Source of the DNA: a virus | Taxonomy: Duplodnaviria; Caudoviricetes | DNA length: 56,081 nucleotides | IMG/VR virus record: IMGVR_UViG_3300044630_001132 | Span: 1 to 56,081 of that record | Reading direction: 5' to 3' (one strand) | Shown here: piece after piece, positions 40,801-49,335 of the stretch | Numbering within the stretch: the stretch's first letter is position 1 | Layout: every line of letters starts with the position of its first letter | The notes under the pieces: generated by a model | Database searches by the model: none | Told to the model about the DNA's origin: nothing | What the model saw: the letters and a program-made list of their open reading frames with translations, nothing else | Position numbers and translations under genes: made by a program

Positions 40801-40898
40801 AAAATTAGTCTTTCTGCTGGTATGTAGTGGTTAAATACAATTGTTCTTGTTGCTGGATTAAATGTATATTGTGTTTCAAAGATTACTTTTCTTGCCAT
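37890..40898 (-). CDS. Large tail fibre/baseplate-associated protein
   Basis: 1002 aa, Thr/Ser/Gly beta-rich; YTFNP...LILITNV N-terminus, three VTV..H.L..G..V.I.G-type domains, RQTRRYFRYQSGKG and WYGAG motifs. Confidence 0.75.
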   Translation of the reverse strand: MARKVIFETQYTFNPATRTIVFNHYIPAERLILITNVTKNIVIYNFSDPSLRGTVSASVNSNMDELTSVVLNYNTAAMSSTDKISILVDEYNEKFEPAETYLDSTNKLRVTTPQALIDTDFEYGPQVSKWENLGLINHRPFAYASPSPIPNVSAITMLNNSRIVTVTLSSGTAPANGTSISVYDTYLSIANGNFTVESGGGTSTFTYTGRALNSGTVTSILDTNKTVIYSGSIYTGARIGGAPTMSYAGQAVSVTTTVPHGLAIGNEVNIIGSTATTNAPNGTFPVCTITSPTQFTYYTLAAPTGALSGAAAEVYMVPKSQFLHRPFDGGVVFSTNANSNNEQAIRQTRRYFRYQSGKGMQMSSGTILKPNLQLDSINSVGQTVTVQTKDQHNLQPGAVVRIAGCLDPVYNGEFTITSIVGYNRFQYTVPTVPTVSVGQGPYYAAVISWYGCSNKLGIFDDQNGLFFEFNGQTLYAVRRNSTFQISGRVTVTNNSNTVTQTDSSFPTYFARQLEVGSFIVIRGVSYKIQSIESDTSMTITPSYRGSTTQFAIVSKTVDFKIPQSQWNIDKMDGTGPSGMLLDLAKMQMFYVDYSWYGAGYVRWGMRGRDGNVTYVHKMPNNNINNEAYMRSGNLPARYESSTDPIYTSLTTSASNTDTALNVVDTSNFPPSGTLCVRDGSKYEYVNYVGKTATSFTGLTRAQGGSVGGVTVSITNGTNVGTVSSAAGIQIGQRVISANFPDGTYVSAINGTTLTFTQAATTTNPTGVLFAPMGMASPQAFTISATSPVMVELAFPSYSSQISHWGTSVIMDGRYDDDKSLVFTYGQTTFTTIAAGASRALFSIRVAPSVDNGIAANFGTRELVNRMQLVLVSLGITTRTLTPNMLVTAVLNGTPSTATAWTNAVNNATGVANSSLAQIANYSGGSTSVSGGEVTGGFFTQGTSTLELDRVRDLGNSILGGGGPNANTNIYPDGPDVLTIVVTNTSASSLDVQGRLSWTEAQA

Positions 40899-40902
40899 TG
40901 TG

Positions 40903-41802
40903 TTAGCCTCCCAGCATTATATCTGTTGCTCTGAACGGATATATCCTGTTTCTTGTAGTTGTTGCTGAACCCATCATTATCCTAGCATCGAACGTTGATC
41001 CAGCGGGTGGTCTTTCTGAAAATGCAATGTACCCTTCTGAGTCTATCATAAATCCATCTCTAGGAAGCATTGACTGCCAGACGTATTCAGGAAAGTCTAC
41101 TGTTTGTATTATACCATTAATCGTAAGTAATAGTCTATAGGGATTTGTAAGATTTACTATTTCTCCTCTATATGTTGGATAGAATCTATTCTCTATACCG
41201 TCAAATTTCCACTTTAAATCATCTAATGGAATTATGTCATCGTTTACAAATAAAGATATTTTATTATTAGTATCATCATAATTTACTGATACCCCCGCAG
41301 TTGAGGCACTTGAAAATAGTGAGGCAATTAAGTCTTGAATAAACTCTTGCCCAGAAGATCCGTAGTTAATGTATTGTGCAGAAGCACTTTCTTTACTTAG
41401 ATATTCTGCTGAAGCATTAGTCTTATTTAAATAGTTTGAAGACGCTGTTGTATTAGACAAATAGTTTGATGTAACATTATTTGATAATGTTACTAAGGAA
41501 GAATTTATAGCACTTACAGAAGCACTATTAGAGTTAGTAAAGTTAAATAAATCAGTTGTTGTTGCAAACCCTGCAGATGCTGACATTAACTCTTCTAAGT
41601 CAGTGTGAGTATGGGTACTGCCTGTTACAGTGTCATCTGAGTCTACCCATAGAAGTCCAATCTTAGGGTCACTTGGAGATGCTGATTGATAAGCAACATA
41701 CGTATAGTTTCCAATATTAGTTATATCATTTACAGGAATCCATTGTGATCCAGACCACACATATGCTGGTCTAGTTGTTAAGGAAAATGGGGCTGATGCC
41801 AT
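40903..41802 (-). CDS. Fibre/anchor protein
   Basis: RPAYVWSGSQW N-terminus, three YL..ASA. repeats, C-terminal PFRATDIMLGG. Confidence 0.7.
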   Translation of the reverse strand: MASAPFSLTTRPAYVWSGSQWIPVNDITNIGNYTYVAYQSASPSDPKIGLLWVDSDDTVTGSTHTHTDLEELMSASAGFATTTDLFNFTNSNSASVSAINSSLVTLSNNVTSNYLSNTTASSNYLNKTNASAEYLSKESASAQYINYGSSGQEFIQDLIASLFSSASTAGVSVNYDDTNNKISLFVNDDIIPLDDLKWKFDGIENRFYPTYRGEIVNLTNPYRLLLTINGIIQTVDFPEYVWQSMLPRDGFMIDSEGYIAFSERPPAGSTFDARIMMGSATTTRNRIYPFRATDIMLGG

Positions 41803-42188
41803 TATGCTTCATCTCCAACTATAAAGTCTTCGTCTTCTGGCCTTACTTCTCCAGGAAATCGAGGGTATTCAACATATGCTGGAAACTCTGTATTAGAAGG
41901 AAGATCTCTTAATGCTTGTCTATAAATAGCCCACTCAGATTTTAATTCCTCTGTAATAGGAGCATCTGATATTTGTGTCCAATCACAATTTAACAATCTT
42001 CTATTTCTAGACTCTCTTAGTTCAACCCATCTAACAATATTATTTTTTTCAAAATCTATCATTTCATTTACTTTAGTATCTAATTCCTCTTCAGTATATT
42101 CAATATACTCACCGAGTTCATTAGCACTCTTATGACTAATTAAACTAGTTCTAAACATTTCTCTTAATTCTATTTCTTTTTCACTCAT
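41802..42188 (-). CDS. Tail fibre assembly chaperone
   Basis: LRESRNRRLLNCDWTQISDAP...W..YRQALRDLP motif. Confidence 0.85.
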   Translation of the reverse strand: MSEKEIELREMFRTSLISHKSANELGEYIEYTEEELDTKVNEMIDFEKNNIVRWVELRESRNRRLLNCDWTQISDAPITEELKSEWAIYRQALRDLPSNTEFPAYVEYPRFPGEVRPEDEDFIVGDEA

Positions 42189-42190
42189 AA

Positions 42191-43192
42191 TTAAAATGAA
42201 GTAGGATTAGTAAAACCAAATCTTACTATAACTACCCCATTACCTCCCCTTCCTGCTGAACCACTTGGACTTGCATGCGATCCACCACCACCGCCACCTA
42301 AACCATCTGTACCGTTTCCTGGAATTACGTTAGGACTATGACTTGCACCATTTCCTCCACCACCAAGTCCACCTGTAGAACTTGCAGTATGTCCATGTCC
42401 ACCACCTCCACCTGAGTAATGTGTTGCTGTACCAGTAATGCTGTTTAATAATCCTGGTCCACCTGGTCCGCCATTGTTACCAGTAACACTAGTTCCAACT
42501 CCACCTGCACCACCACCGCCACCACCACCCCAACTGCTACCATGCCAACCATGACCACCAAAGTTTCCTTGACCTTGTTGAGCCGCACCACCATGGCCTC
42601 TTTGGTTTCCAATAACATCTCCGCCACCAGAACTATTTCCCATTGCTGCTCCACCACCTGAACCACCTGGTGTACCATTGCCATAAGCACATTGATAACT
42701 ACCTCCACCTCCACCACCTATAGCCTGCAAATGCATAAATAATGAATTACCACCTGTACCTCCTGGAGCAGCACTACTATAAGGACTAGAAGATCCACCT
42801 GCACCAACCGTTATTGGTGTACTAGTTGTATCTACTAAAATATTAGATTCGTAAATATAACCGCCTCCGCCACCACCTCCACCATGATGATTTCCTCCAC
42901 CACCACCGCCACCAATCACTAAGACATCTGCATATGCACCAATGAATGGAGATAAATCTACAACTTGTGAACCTGTATTATTAAATGACTTAAAAGCAAA
43001 CCAACTTGCACCTGATGCGTAAGTTGTCCAACCATAACTTTGAATCCATTGAACAAATGTTGGACTTGCACTAAATATTTGTGTTTTAGGCACACCTTGA
43101 TTAATTTTTGTTGTAACAAATCTATATAAGGCTGGATTTGCTCCAGCAGGCAAAACACTTGCTAATTCAGAAGTAGAAAAATTATCTTGCAT
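42191..43192 (-). CDS. Glycine-rich adhesin-like protein 5
   Basis: N-terminal domain shared with the two upstream genes; DVLVIGGGG...GNGVVIVRF. Confidence 0.8.
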   Translation of the reverse strand: MQDNFSTSELASVLPAGANPALYRFVTTKINQGVPKTQIFSASPTFVQWIQSYGWTTYASGASWFAFKSFNNTGSQVVDLSPFIGAYADVLVIGGGGGGGNHHGGGGGGGGYIYESNILVDTTSTPITVGAGGSSSPYSSAAPGGTGGNSLFMHLQAIGGGGGGSYQCAYGNGTPGGSGGGAAMGNSSGGGDVIGNQRGHGGAAQQGQGNFGGHGWHGSSWGGGGGGGAGGVGTSVTGNNGGPGGPGLLNSITGTATHYSGGGGGHGHTASSTGGLGGGGNGASHSPNVIPGNGTDGLGGGGGGSHASPSGSAGRGGNGVVIVRFGFTNPTSF

Positions 43193-44217
43193 TATCCAAT
43201 ACCCCCTGGAGAATAAACAATTTGAGTTCTAATAACAACTATACCAGTTGCACCGTTACCGCCTCTAATACCGTTACTATGACCTCCACCGCCACCGCCA
43301 CCACCACTATTTGGAGCAGCATTTGCGTGATTACTAACCCAAGATGACTGTTGTAGTCCTAATCCTCCACCACCAAGTCCACCAGAACCACTATAGTAAG
43401 AATGATTCCAACCACCCCCACCACCTGCAAACCAACGTGTATATCCTAAAATTGTATTTGATAAACCAGTGCCACCTGGTCCACCATTTTCATTACCAGT
43501 TCTTTGTACGCCTACAGATCCAGCACCACCTCCGCCACCACCAGGGTATGCTGGGCTAGAATGCCACCCACCACCACCGTGATTTCCTTGACCAGTTACT
43601 GCATAACCAGGAGTTCCTCTTTGACTATTTGATCTCCAAGTAAAATTATCACCGTTACCACCAGAATGTCCAATTGCTCCTCCGCCACCAGAACCTCCAG
43701 GAGCACCAGAACCAACGTTACTATGAGTTCCTCCACCTCCACCACCTATTGCCACTATGTCGTCAATAACTGAGTTAGCACCATTAGCACCCATTACGTT
43801 GGAATTACTTGATATAGCACCAATACCACCTTCACCAACTGTAATAGAAATTGATGATTTATTAAAAACTTTAGTTGTTAAACGATAACCACCTGCTCCA
43901 CCACCGCCACCATGTTGTCCACCACCACCGCCACCACCTGCAACACATAAAACATCAAAAGTGTTTTTTTCAAATGGTGTTATTGTTGTTGTAGTAGTTC
44001 CAGCAGTATTAAATTCTTTACATGCATAAAATGCATTTGATTGAAAATATATTTCCCATCCAAGTGATTCTAAATAATTTAAATAACTTATACCATTATA
44101 TGTTTTTGTTCTAGTAAAATCATTTTGCATTGCATAAGAGAAATATCTATATACCCCGCTAGTATTTCCATTTTTTAATAATGCAGTAACGTCATCAGAA
44201 GTATAAATCTCTGGCAA
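43192..44217 (-). CDS. Glycine-rich adhesin-like protein 6 (TTG start)
   Basis: DVLCVAGGG...GIVVIR; coupled to both neighbours. Confidence 0.8.
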   Translation of the reverse strand: MPEIYTSDDVTALLKNGNTSGVYRYFSYAMQNDFTRTKTYNGISYLNYLESLGWEIYFQSNAFYACKEFNTAGTTTTTITPFEKNTFDVLCVAGGGGGGGQHGGGGGAGGYRLTTKVFNKSSISITVGEGGIGAISSNSNVMGANGANSVIDDIVAIGGGGGGTHSNVGSGAPGGSGGGGAIGHSGGNGDNFTWRSNSQRGTPGYAVTGQGNHGGGGWHSSPAYPGGGGGGAGSVGVQRTGNENGGPGGTGLSNTILGYTRWFAGGGGGWNHSYYSGSGGLGGGGLGLQQSSWVSNHANAAPNSGGGGGGGGHSNGIRGGNGATGIVVIRTQIVYSPGGIG

Positions 44218-45246
44218 TTAAATCGACCCCGCTGGGAAAGATAGTGGGAATCTTACTATTACTACTCCAGATCCGCCATTTCCACCAATGAAGGATGTTG
44301 TCCAACTGCCACCGCCACCGCCGCCAGTATTTGCTATGCCATCAGTTGCTTTGTACATGTTTGTTCCACCAAAACCTCCACCACCATTTCCACCTACTCC
44401 ACCAGGGTTTGATTCACCACTTCCACCACCGCCACCACCAGCGTAAAATTTAGTTACTCCAGTTATTGTGTTTGATAATCCTGAACCACCAGCACCACCT
44501 CTATTACCAGTTCCAGTTCCGCCATCAGCACCAGCAGCACTGGCACCACCACCGCCACCACCTACGTGATTTGATCCATAGTATCCACGACCACCATTAT
44601 TGCCTTGCCCAGAAGTTCCTGTACCACCAATACTAAAATTACCATTACTTGGACCAAGGGATCCTCCACCACCAGATCCTCCAGCAGCACCATTTCTTGT
44701 TGGGTCTCCACTCCAAGCACCACCTGCACCTCCACCTATTGATGTTATTGAACTAAATACAGAGTTTTGACCATTGCTACCTCTAACATCTGTTGCTTGA
44801 ACACTTGTACCACCATTACCCACTGTAACCGTTACGTTACCATTTACTGCAAAATTTGTTTCTAATCTATATCCTCCTGCACCTCCACCACCACCGTGAT
44901 GTCCAGCACCTGAACCTCCACCTGCAACAACAAGTACGTCAGCATTTGTTCCGTTAAATGGACCAGCATTCCATGTTGTTGTACCACTTATAAATTCTTT
45001 GTAAGCATAATAATTTCCATTTGTATCTCTATATGTTGTATAACCATTTGAAGAAATATAATCTAAATAAGCAGTACCAGATAAAATATTTGCTTTTGAT
45101 TTACCCTGGCTAATTGCCCATGCAACATATGAAAATGTTGCGGGTGATGAATTAATTGGAATAATATTTGCTAATTCAGAATATGAAAATAAAGTTTGAC
45201 CTACCGAACTACTTCCTGTAGTTCCTCTTATACTATTAACAGCCAT
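44218..45246 (-). CDS. Glycine-rich adhesin-like protein 7
   Basis: MAVNSIRG N-terminus; DVLVVAGGG...GSGVVIVRF. Confidence 0.8.
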   Translation of the reverse strand: MAVNSIRGTTGSSSVGQTLFSYSELANIIPINSSPATFSYVAWAISQGKSKANILSGTAYLDYISSNGYTTYRDTNGNYYAYKEFISGTTTWNAGPFNGTNADVLVVAGGGSGAGHHGGGGGAGGYRLETNFAVNGNVTVTVGNGGTSVQATDVRGSNGQNSVFSSITSIGGGAGGAWSGDPTRNGAAGGSGGGGSLGPSNGNFSIGGTGTSGQGNNGGRGYYGSNHVGGGGGGASAAGADGGTGTGNRGGAGGSGLSNTITGVTKFYAGGGGGGSGESNPGGVGGNGGGGFGGTNMYKATDGIANTGGGGGGSWTTSFIGGNGGSGVVIVRFPLSFPAGSI

Positions 45247-45815
45247 TAGACTATTTCTCCCCCAAATAAAGATATAGCGATATTTGGAGAACCAAACGCT
45301 ACTATTTTATCTCCAGATGTAATTGTTAATCCTAAAGTTAATGAAATTTGATCTCTTGCAAGTATTCCTGGGCCCCATGCTATAAAATGTTTTTTACTTA
45401 AAGTTTCTCCAGTTTTTACTGCTGCTAAAAAGAAAGTTCCATCTATATCTGAGCAATTTGTTACTGTTATTGTAGATATTAAAGTTTGAGTACTTGGTGA
45501 TGCTGGGCATGTATAAACTATTGTCTCTGGAACATATGAAACACTTGCTCCTACTGTTGCTGCAGTTACAACATTGCTTGCTGATACAGGGTATGTAAAA
45601 CTTGTATTGTTTGGTACTGTGGAAACATTTTGAGTTCCATTAAATACTGCATCTATTCCAGTTACGGTTACGGAATTACCTTCTAAAATATTGTGGGCTG
45701 AGGCAGTTGTTAAGGTTACAAGGTTACTGGTAAGGTTTCTAAATGAAATGGATCTTACTTCTGGTGTTAAAAGTGTTTGACCTAAAATCTTTAAGGTTTT
45801 TACTTGTTGTGCCAT
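45246..45815 (-). CDS. Fibre adapter (type 2) with inserted beta domain
   Basis: KILGQ...[insert]...IVYTCP...STITVTN...LFGGEIV. Confidence 0.75.
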   Translation of the reverse strand: MAQQVKTLKILGQTLLTPEVRSISFRNLTSNLVTLTTASAHNILEGNSVTVTGIDAVFNGTQNVSTVPNNTSFTYPVSASNVVTAATVGASVSYVPETIVYTCPASPSTQTLISTITVTNCSDIDGTFFLAAVKTGETLSKKHFIAWGPGILARDQISLTLGLTITSGDKIVAFGSPNIAISLFGGEIV

Positions 45816-46511
45816 TTATACTCCCATAAGCAGTAGCGTATCAAATATATCTCCGCCGCCGCCAGCACCTGACATTTCAATCCAGGTACTTCCATTATAC
45901 ACTTTCAATATCGGTGCTTCTGCTTCTGTTGTGTCGATCCAAAGTTGTCCAGTTGCAATTTGATATGCAGGGGATGAAGAGTTGTAGGTAATATTTGGTT
46001 CATAGGTAGCAGATGCTGCTGTAACTGTTAGGTATGTTGCTGAAGCATTGGCGGTAGAAAGAACATTCATTATATTTTGATTAGTAAACTGAGTAGAAGA
46101 TGAGTTATATACCAATAATTCATTATTTAAAGGGGTAGCAATGGTAGTATCTGTAAGGCTGTTTAAATTTGTAATGGTAGAAGATATTGTGATAGTATTT
46201 GTAGCACTAGCAGCATTTACGGTTATGCTTGTTCCAGCCTGTATGTTAAAACTATCAAAGTCAGAGTCTGACAGTATTGTTTCGGTAGTAGGTGTTGTTG
46301 TTATAAACCCAAATCCATTAGGGTTTACTATTCCAGTACCTAAATAGTCATTACTATCTACCCAAACTGTTCCAACATCTAAATTATTTACATCTGGCTG
46401 AGTTGGTTGATATAAAACTGCATCGTTTCTTGTTTGAGTAATAGGAACCCAATTAGTTCCATTCCAAACATATGCTGGTCTAGTAGTATCTAGTATTTGT
46501 GCTGATGACAT
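45816..46511 (-). CDS. Fibre/anchor protein
   Basis: RPAYVWNGTNWVP N-terminus; C-terminal DIFDTLLLMGV. Confidence 0.7.
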   Translation of the reverse strand: MSSAQILDTTRPAYVWNGTNWVPITQTRNDAVLYQPTQPDVNNLDVGTVWVDSNDYLGTGIVNPNGFGFITTTPTTETILSDSDFDSFNIQAGTSITVNAASATNTITISSTITNLNSLTDTTIATPLNNELLVYNSSSTQFTNQNIMNVLSTANASATYLTVTAASATYEPNITYNSSSPAYQIATGQLWIDTTEAEAPILKVYNGSTWIEMSGAGGGGDIFDTLLLMGV

Positions 46512-46528
46512 AGTATAATCATAACCCC

Positions 46529-49279
46529 TTAGTATCTAACCCTAATAACACCTTGTGCTCCGCCACCACTTGAGTGACATCCACCACCACCGTAGAATTG
46601 AGATGCACACTGTCCACCAAATGTTGTTGGTGATCCAAATTCAGAATTTGAGTATTGAGTTCCTCCACCTGCTGAGCCAAATGAACATCCTCCAGAACCA
46701 CCATTGAAAATTACTGTTGCACCAACCATTGAAGATGTTCCAGCAAAACCACTATTACAGTTACCATTAAATTCAGATACTCCTCCACCACCATTTCCTG
46801 CTGTTCCACCAAATCCAGTTGTTACCCCACCAGAACATCCAGATAAGTTATTACATCCAGCACCTGAACCAGCACCACCAACGTTTAATGAATAAGTTTG
46901 TCCAGCAGTTACTGCAACGAGTGGATTGTAAACAATACCTCCACCTCCACCGTTACCACCAGGACCGTTTCCTCTAGAAGCACCAGCACCACCACCACCA
47001 CCTACTAGAAGGACTTTAACAAATGTTAACTGAGTAGGTGCTGTAAACGTATTGCTTCCTACTGAAGTATATGTTGTTATTACTGGTGCTTTTAATAAAA
47101 TACTAAATGATCTTGTTGTTGAATTTGTTCCATCGCTTGCTGTTAATCCAAATGTATATGTTGTATCATTTACAACTGGAGATGCTAGTCCAGATATGAC
47201 TCCAGTAGAAGCACTTAGTATCATACCTGGTGGCAAATCTCCACTAGAAATAGAATATTCTAAGTTTTGCAAGTCTGCGTCACTAGCACTAACATTAAAT
47301 GTCTTTATTCCTCTTTCAATATCATAAAGCATTCCAAGTGATCCTGATGGTGTAATCCATGAAGGTGTTGATCCTGCATCTAATGCTCCAGCAAGTATTC
47401 CAAAATTACCAGTTGGATTTGTTACTCTAATACTATATGGCTCAAATGCCTGTGCTAATGATGGTGTGCTTGCTTTTAACAATGTTGCAGAAACTCTTTG
47501 AACAACTGTTGCATTGTATGGAGTTCCATTTGTTCCTATAAATTGCACTGTAGCACCAGACACAAAGTTGGCTCCAGATATATCTATTACCGTTCCAGGT
47601 GCAGTTGAACTAACTGGAAGAATAGATGTTACTGTTGGTGTAGGAACGTATGATTCATACTTCCATTCATTTCCATCCCAAATATTTAAAATTGCAGCAG
47701 TTCCAGTATTATCTATCCACATTTCTCCTAACTGTGTTGGTGTAGGTGATGCTGATTGATATGGAATAAGTTTTTGATACATTGCACTAGCCTCAGCCTT
47801 ACTTAAATATGCTGATAAATCAACATTTACATTTGATAATTCTGCTTTTGTAGCATAATTTGTTGATGCTGATTGTATAGATAGTTTTGTATCTATTAAT
47901 GATGTAAGATTTGACGAAGCACTATTAATTTCTGATTGTGAGTAAGCACTTGCTGAATTTAAAGCATAAGCACTTGCTGAGTTAGTATAAAGTTTTGTTG
48001 CATATGATGAAAGATCCAATGTTGATTCGGCATTACTGGTAGTAATAATTTTAGAATTACCAATTTTTATATCTCCTTGTAAATCAGCAGTTAGTTTAAT
48101 ATTTTCATTAGGACTTGATGGATTTTGTATATAAAGAGATGAGGCACCAAGATATAGGTCTTTTACTCTAAAAGCACTTGATCCAACAGAATAAACATTA
48201 TCTGCATCTGGTAATAGATTTCCATTATCATCTTCTAACCAGTATGTAAGTTGATTTACAAAAGGAGCAGAACTTCCACTATACCCCACAGAAGCGTTAC
48301 TATCTACCCATATATCACCAATGGAAAGTTGACTTGTATCTGGTTGTTCTGTTGAATAAATAACAGAAGCACCATCACCACCTCCACCACCTCCAGCAGT
48401 TCCTGTTAATATAATTTGATTACTTGCTGAGTTGTATGTAGCAGTAATATTTGTATGATTACCATGTACTAAAGCAGTTGATGAGGTAGTTAAAGATCTT
48501 TCATTTGTAAAGTATAATCTACTACCCTCTTCAATATCAGATGTAGTTAAAGCATTTATTTGAGATAATGCATTTGCACTAGCAGCATTAAATGCTGAAA
48601 CTGATGCAGAATTTAAATATCCTTGTATTGGTTCATTTATCCATATTGATGAAGATGAATTCCAAGTAATAATATCTTTATTTTGTACTCCATTTATTCT
48701 TACATCGTGTAATTCTTTTAGTTCAAATCCGTTTTGTATTTTTACAAAAATTTCACCATTATTAGCATTACTTCTTGATAATATTCCAAGATATACTAAA
48801 TGATTTGGTGCTTGTGGTTTATTTGTTAATCCATATACCACTGTGCCAGAGGCACTTCCTAGCCATATTGGATCTCCATTTTGTCCAGCAATTGTATTTA
48901 ATCCATCTAATATACCTTCTAAAACTATATATCCATGTTGATTTGCATTAAGTGCAGTTTGCGTAAAACCTATAGTTTTGCTTGAAGTTGATTCAGAAAT
49001 ATTACTTGATGGTCCAATAATTATGTTTGTTCCATCTGATCCAGTTACATATACTGGAACTCCTTTAGCAAGTGCTACTGGTCCATTTTTAACATATGCG
49101 GTTATTCTAGATGCATCTGCAGGACCTTCGTTTATACCAGTTAATGTATGCCAACTTCCGTTATAATATATTTTTATAACATCATTGGTAGTATTAAAAT
49201 ATAACTCACCCTCTGAGCCACTTAGTGGATCAGTTGGTAAATTTACTAATCTTAACCCTGTTAAAAAATTTCTTGCCAT
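46529..49279 (-). CDS. Long fibre with IPT/Ig-like domains and a C-terminal Cys-containing Gly-rich domain (copy 8)
   Basis: MARNFLT..GELYFNT N-terminus, SAS-rich shaft, PTVTSILP..ISGANF (IPT), YSISSGDLPPGM.L...GVISG (Ig), VLLVGGGG...GVIRVRY. Confidence 0.75.
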   Translation of the reverse strand: MARNFLTGLRLVNLPTDPLSGSEGELYFNTTNDVIKIYYNGSWHTLTGINEGPADASRITAYVKNGPVALAKGVPVYVTGSDGTNIIIGPSSNISESTSSKTIGFTQTALNANQHGYIVLEGILDGLNTIAGQNGDPIWLGSASGTVVYGLTNKPQAPNHLVYLGILSRSNANNGEIFVKIQNGFELKELHDVRINGVQNKDIITWNSSSSIWINEPIQGYLNSASVSAFNAASANALSQINALTTSDIEEGSRLYFTNERSLTTSSTALVHGNHTNITATYNSASNQIILTGTAGGGGGGDGASVIYSTEQPDTSQLSIGDIWVDSNASVGYSGSSAPFVNQLTYWLEDDNGNLLPDADNVYSVGSSAFRVKDLYLGASSLYIQNPSSPNENIKLTADLQGDIKIGNSKIITTSNAESTLDLSSYATKLYTNSASAYALNSASAYSQSEINSASSNLTSLIDTKLSIQSASTNYATKAELSNVNVDLSAYLSKAEASAMYQKLIPYQSASPTPTQLGEMWIDNTGTAAILNIWDGNEWKYESYVPTPTVTSILPVSSTAPGTVIDISGANFVSGATVQFIGTNGTPYNATVVQRVSATLLKASTPSLAQAFEPYSIRVTNPTGNFGILAGALDAGSTPSWITPSGSLGMLYDIERGIKTFNVSASDADLQNLEYSISSGDLPPGMILSASTGVISGLASPVVNDTTYTFGLTASDGTNSTTRSFSILLKAPVITTYTSVGSNTFTAPTQLTFVKVLLVGGGGGAGASRGNGPGGNGGGGGIVYNPLVAVTAGQTYSLNVGGAGSGAGCNNLSGCSGGVTTGFGGTAGNGGGGVSEFNGNCNSGFAGTSSMVGATVIFNGGSGGCSFGSAGGGTQYSNSEFGSPTTFGGQCASQFYGGGGCHSSGGGAQGVIRVRY

Positions 49280-49294
49280 ATCAATCCTTAATTA

Positions 49295-49322
49295 GAGAGG
49301 GTAGGTATTTCACTACCCCCTC
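49295..49322 (-). terminator. Hairpin after fibre gene (terminator or RNA stabiliser)
   Basis: GAGGGGGTAG-TGAAATAC-CTACCCTCTC; weak U-tract. Confidence 0.5.
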
Positions 49323-49335
49323 AATATATTTTATA

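Noticed and set aside
24294-47100. CCACCA/GGTGGT tracts as a CRISPR array, microsatellite or host PE-PGRS genes
   Set aside because: No fixed repeat-spacer periodicity and no PE domain; they are Gly codons in phage structural cassettes.
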